Shown piece by piece: positions 62,777 through 64,000 of a DNA stretch of 64,000 nt. A program made the translations under genes and the position numbers. The notes beneath the pieces were generated by a model. The model had not been told where the DNA came from and made no database searches. It was given only the letters and a program-made list of their open reading frames with translations. How positions within the stretch are numbered: position 1 is the stretch's first letter; each line of letters begins with the position of its first letter. Source of the DNA: an uncultured Chloroflexota bacterium (GTDB lineage: Bacteria > Chloroflexota > Chloroflexia > Thermomicrobiales > UBA6265); assembly GCA_937870845.1 (NCBI GenBank), contig CALMZR010000386.1, positions 59-64,058 of the forward strand, read 5' to 3'.

Positions 62777-63727
62777 ATGCGCGTCGGTAATTGTTCCGGA
62801 TTTCGCCTGCCCTGCCGCTTCGGCGGCCCTTCGTCGTGCGCGGCAATTATGTTAGCGGCGCTGATCGCGATCTGGATGCCGGCGGCGGCCGGGGCGCAGG
62901 ATTCCGGCGCCACGGAGCGGGCCAACTCCCTCGCCGTCAACCTGACCTTCCCGGACGACGGCATCGGCGCCGGCGAGCAGCTCTGCGTTGCCCTTTTCCC
63001 CGGGACCGAGCCCGATCTCGCCGCCCCCCCGCTCCTCTCGCGTTGCCTTGACCCCGGCGGCGCCGCCGTGTCGTTCGAAGGGCTGCGCAGCGGCGACTAC
63101 AGCGTACTCCTACCCGGCCCCGGCACCGATCTGGCCGAGGATCGCTACCAGGGGCAGCTCGTCGCCACCGCCATCCCGGAGAACGAGCGCCTCGCCTCCT
63201 TCGGCATCGACGTCGAAGTCGGCCTCGCTGCCGAGTTCGCCGGCGCCACCGGCCGCGTCCAGGTCAGCGTCTTCGGCTGCCCGGCCGGGACCGACAGCGG
63301 CGCCGACAAGGAAAGTTGGGCTGCCCAGTGCCAGGCGCTGGCCGGCGGAGTGCCCCTCACCCTGAGCGGCACCGGCAGCATCAACGACGCCGCCTTCCAG
63401 GCCGTGACTGGCCTCTCCGGCGACGGATCCGGACGGGTGCTCTTCACTGACCTTCCGCCTGGCGCGTACGAACTCGGCAGCGAGCTGCCGGAGAACGTCA
63501 GCGAGACTCCCGCCCTCTTCGTGGAATCGAGCATCGACGGCAGCCTTGGTTCCCTCGAACCGAGCGACACGCTCGCCCTGCGCCCGACCGAAACCGTTGC
63601 CGTCGACGTCTATCTGGTCCTCGAGCAAGATGAAGCGACAGCAATCAGCCCCGTCGGCATCGACGAGCCCGCCATCACCGGCGGCATCGAGGCGTCCAGC
63701 CAGGACGACCTGATCCTGCTCGACTGA
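62777..63727 (+). CDS. Secreted hypothetical protein with repeated beta-sandwich-like modules
   Basis: In-frame part of ORF 61568..63727; ATG 62777 (GGAG upstream, TATACT box at 62737-62742). Signal-like IMLAALIAIWMPAAAGA. Recurring GDYSVLLPGPG / PPGAYELGSELP motifs and paired cysteines. Confidence 0.6.
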   Translation: MRVGNCSGFRLPCRFGGPSSCAAIMLAALIAIWMPAAAGAQDSGATERANSLAVNLTFPDDGIGAGEQLCVALFPGTEPDLAAPPLLSRCLDPGGAAVSFEGLRSGDYSVLLPGPGTDLAEDRYQGQLVATAIPENERLASFGIDVEVGLAAEFAGATGRVQVSVFGCPAGTDSGADKESWAAQCQALAGGVPLTLSGTGSINDAAFQAVTGLSGDGSGRVLFTDLPPGAYELGSELPENVSETPALFVESSIDGSLGSLEPSDTLALRPTETVAVDVYLVLEQDEATAISPVGIDEPAITGGIEASSQDDLILLD

Positions 63728-63790
63728 GCCACTCAACCGATCCGTAGAGGCGCTATCGTTCCGGAATGCCTCAACCGTACGGTAACGCAA

Positions 63791-63814
63791 ATCGGCGGGC
63801 CCACGCCCGCCGAT
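63791..63814. terminator. Bidirectional hairpin between convergent genes
   Basis: ATCGGCGGGC (63791-63800), loop CCAC, GCCCGCCGAT (63805-63814): a 10-bp perfect stem. Confidence 0.5.
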
Positions 63815-63856
63815 CCCTCTTCCGCCTCCCGCCTTCCGCCTCCCGTCACCCGCCGA
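63815..63856. repeat. Heptad array CCGCCTC CCGCCTT CCGCCTC CCGTCAC CCGCCGA
   Basis: Read directly (units start at 63822). The CCGTCAC unit contains the moaA stop codon (63846-63848). Confidence 0.75.
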
Positions 63857-64000
63857 TCTGCGACATGCCGCGCACCGTCTCCCGCTCCCCCTCGGCCAGG
63901 CCGTGTCCCCACGGCTTGCGCCAGATGGCGGCGCGGATGGCCCGCTCCAGCTCCTCGTCGTCGGCCCCGCCGCGCATCACGTCGCGCAGATCGCCTTCAT
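63846..64000 (-). CDS. moaA: GTP 3',8-cyclase MoaA, C-terminal 51 codons only; gene continues beyond the right edge
   Basis: My minus-strand translation reads EGDLRDVMRGGADDEELERAIRAAIWRKPWGHGLAEGERETVRGMSQIGG, then stop. The C-terminal MSQIGG double-glycine tail is characteristic of MoaA as I recall. Confidence 0.7.
   Translation of the reverse strand, partial: EGDLRDVMRGGADDEELERAIRAAIWRKPWGHGLAEGERETVRGMSQIGG

Overview
This is a 64 kb, very GC-rich (roughly two thirds G+C by eye), gene-dense chromosomal segment. I call about 63 protein-coding loci on both strands, three of them pseudogenes. I found no rRNA, tRNA or CRISPR array. Taxonomy cannot be assigned from sequence alone. The gene content (FhaA/FhaB pair, MglA-like GTPase, DUF512, F420-type PPOX, leaderless-looking starts) fits a high-GC monoderm such as a Chloroflexota/Thermomicrobia-like or actinobacterial lineage.

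Content, left to right:
- GH13 gene plus a sugar ABC operon carrying a LacI-type operator.
- S9 peptidase and D-aminoacylase.
- A double zinc-ribbon protein with a Gly/Tyr-rich linker.
- sucCD.
- htrA plus an OmpR/histidine-kinase pair.
- greA-lysS.
- DUF512-DUF167.
- An fhaA-fhaB-vanW-GT2 operon.
- rpe, PMI and an FGGY kinase.
- A DUF362/membrane protein/homocysteine-methyltransferase operon, divergent from a degenerate argininosuccinate-lyase-fold gene.
- hflX coupled to an mglA-like GTPase.
- ECF sigma and a putative anti-sigma.
- hbd, an ABC-2 exporter, HAD, ilvD.
- A second sugar ABC operon.
- A small accessory patch: vapBC remnant, copper amine oxidase, truncated binding-protein paralog, integrase scar.
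- SDR, VIT-vWA, PPOX, a J-domain protein, an arginase-fold protein.
- rplS-rnhB-yraN, moaB, hisS, a PIG-L deacetylase, galK, a DUF4258 protein, a 2-hydroxyacid dehydrogenase, and the end of moaA.

At least seven gene junctions use overlapping GTGA/ATGA stop-start codons.

The most unusual signal is non-coding. Intergenic DNA carries many 7-, 8- and 9-nt tandem arrays. They are often arranged as inverted pairs that form long foldback hairpins, and the same unit recurs at distant loci. Several are G-quadruplex/i-motif capable. A separate REP-like family (GTGTCATTCCGAG...) is also present.

Many long ORFs in the six-frame track are GC-driven shadow ORFs and were rejected. All homology statements come from my own reading of motifs; no database search was possible.
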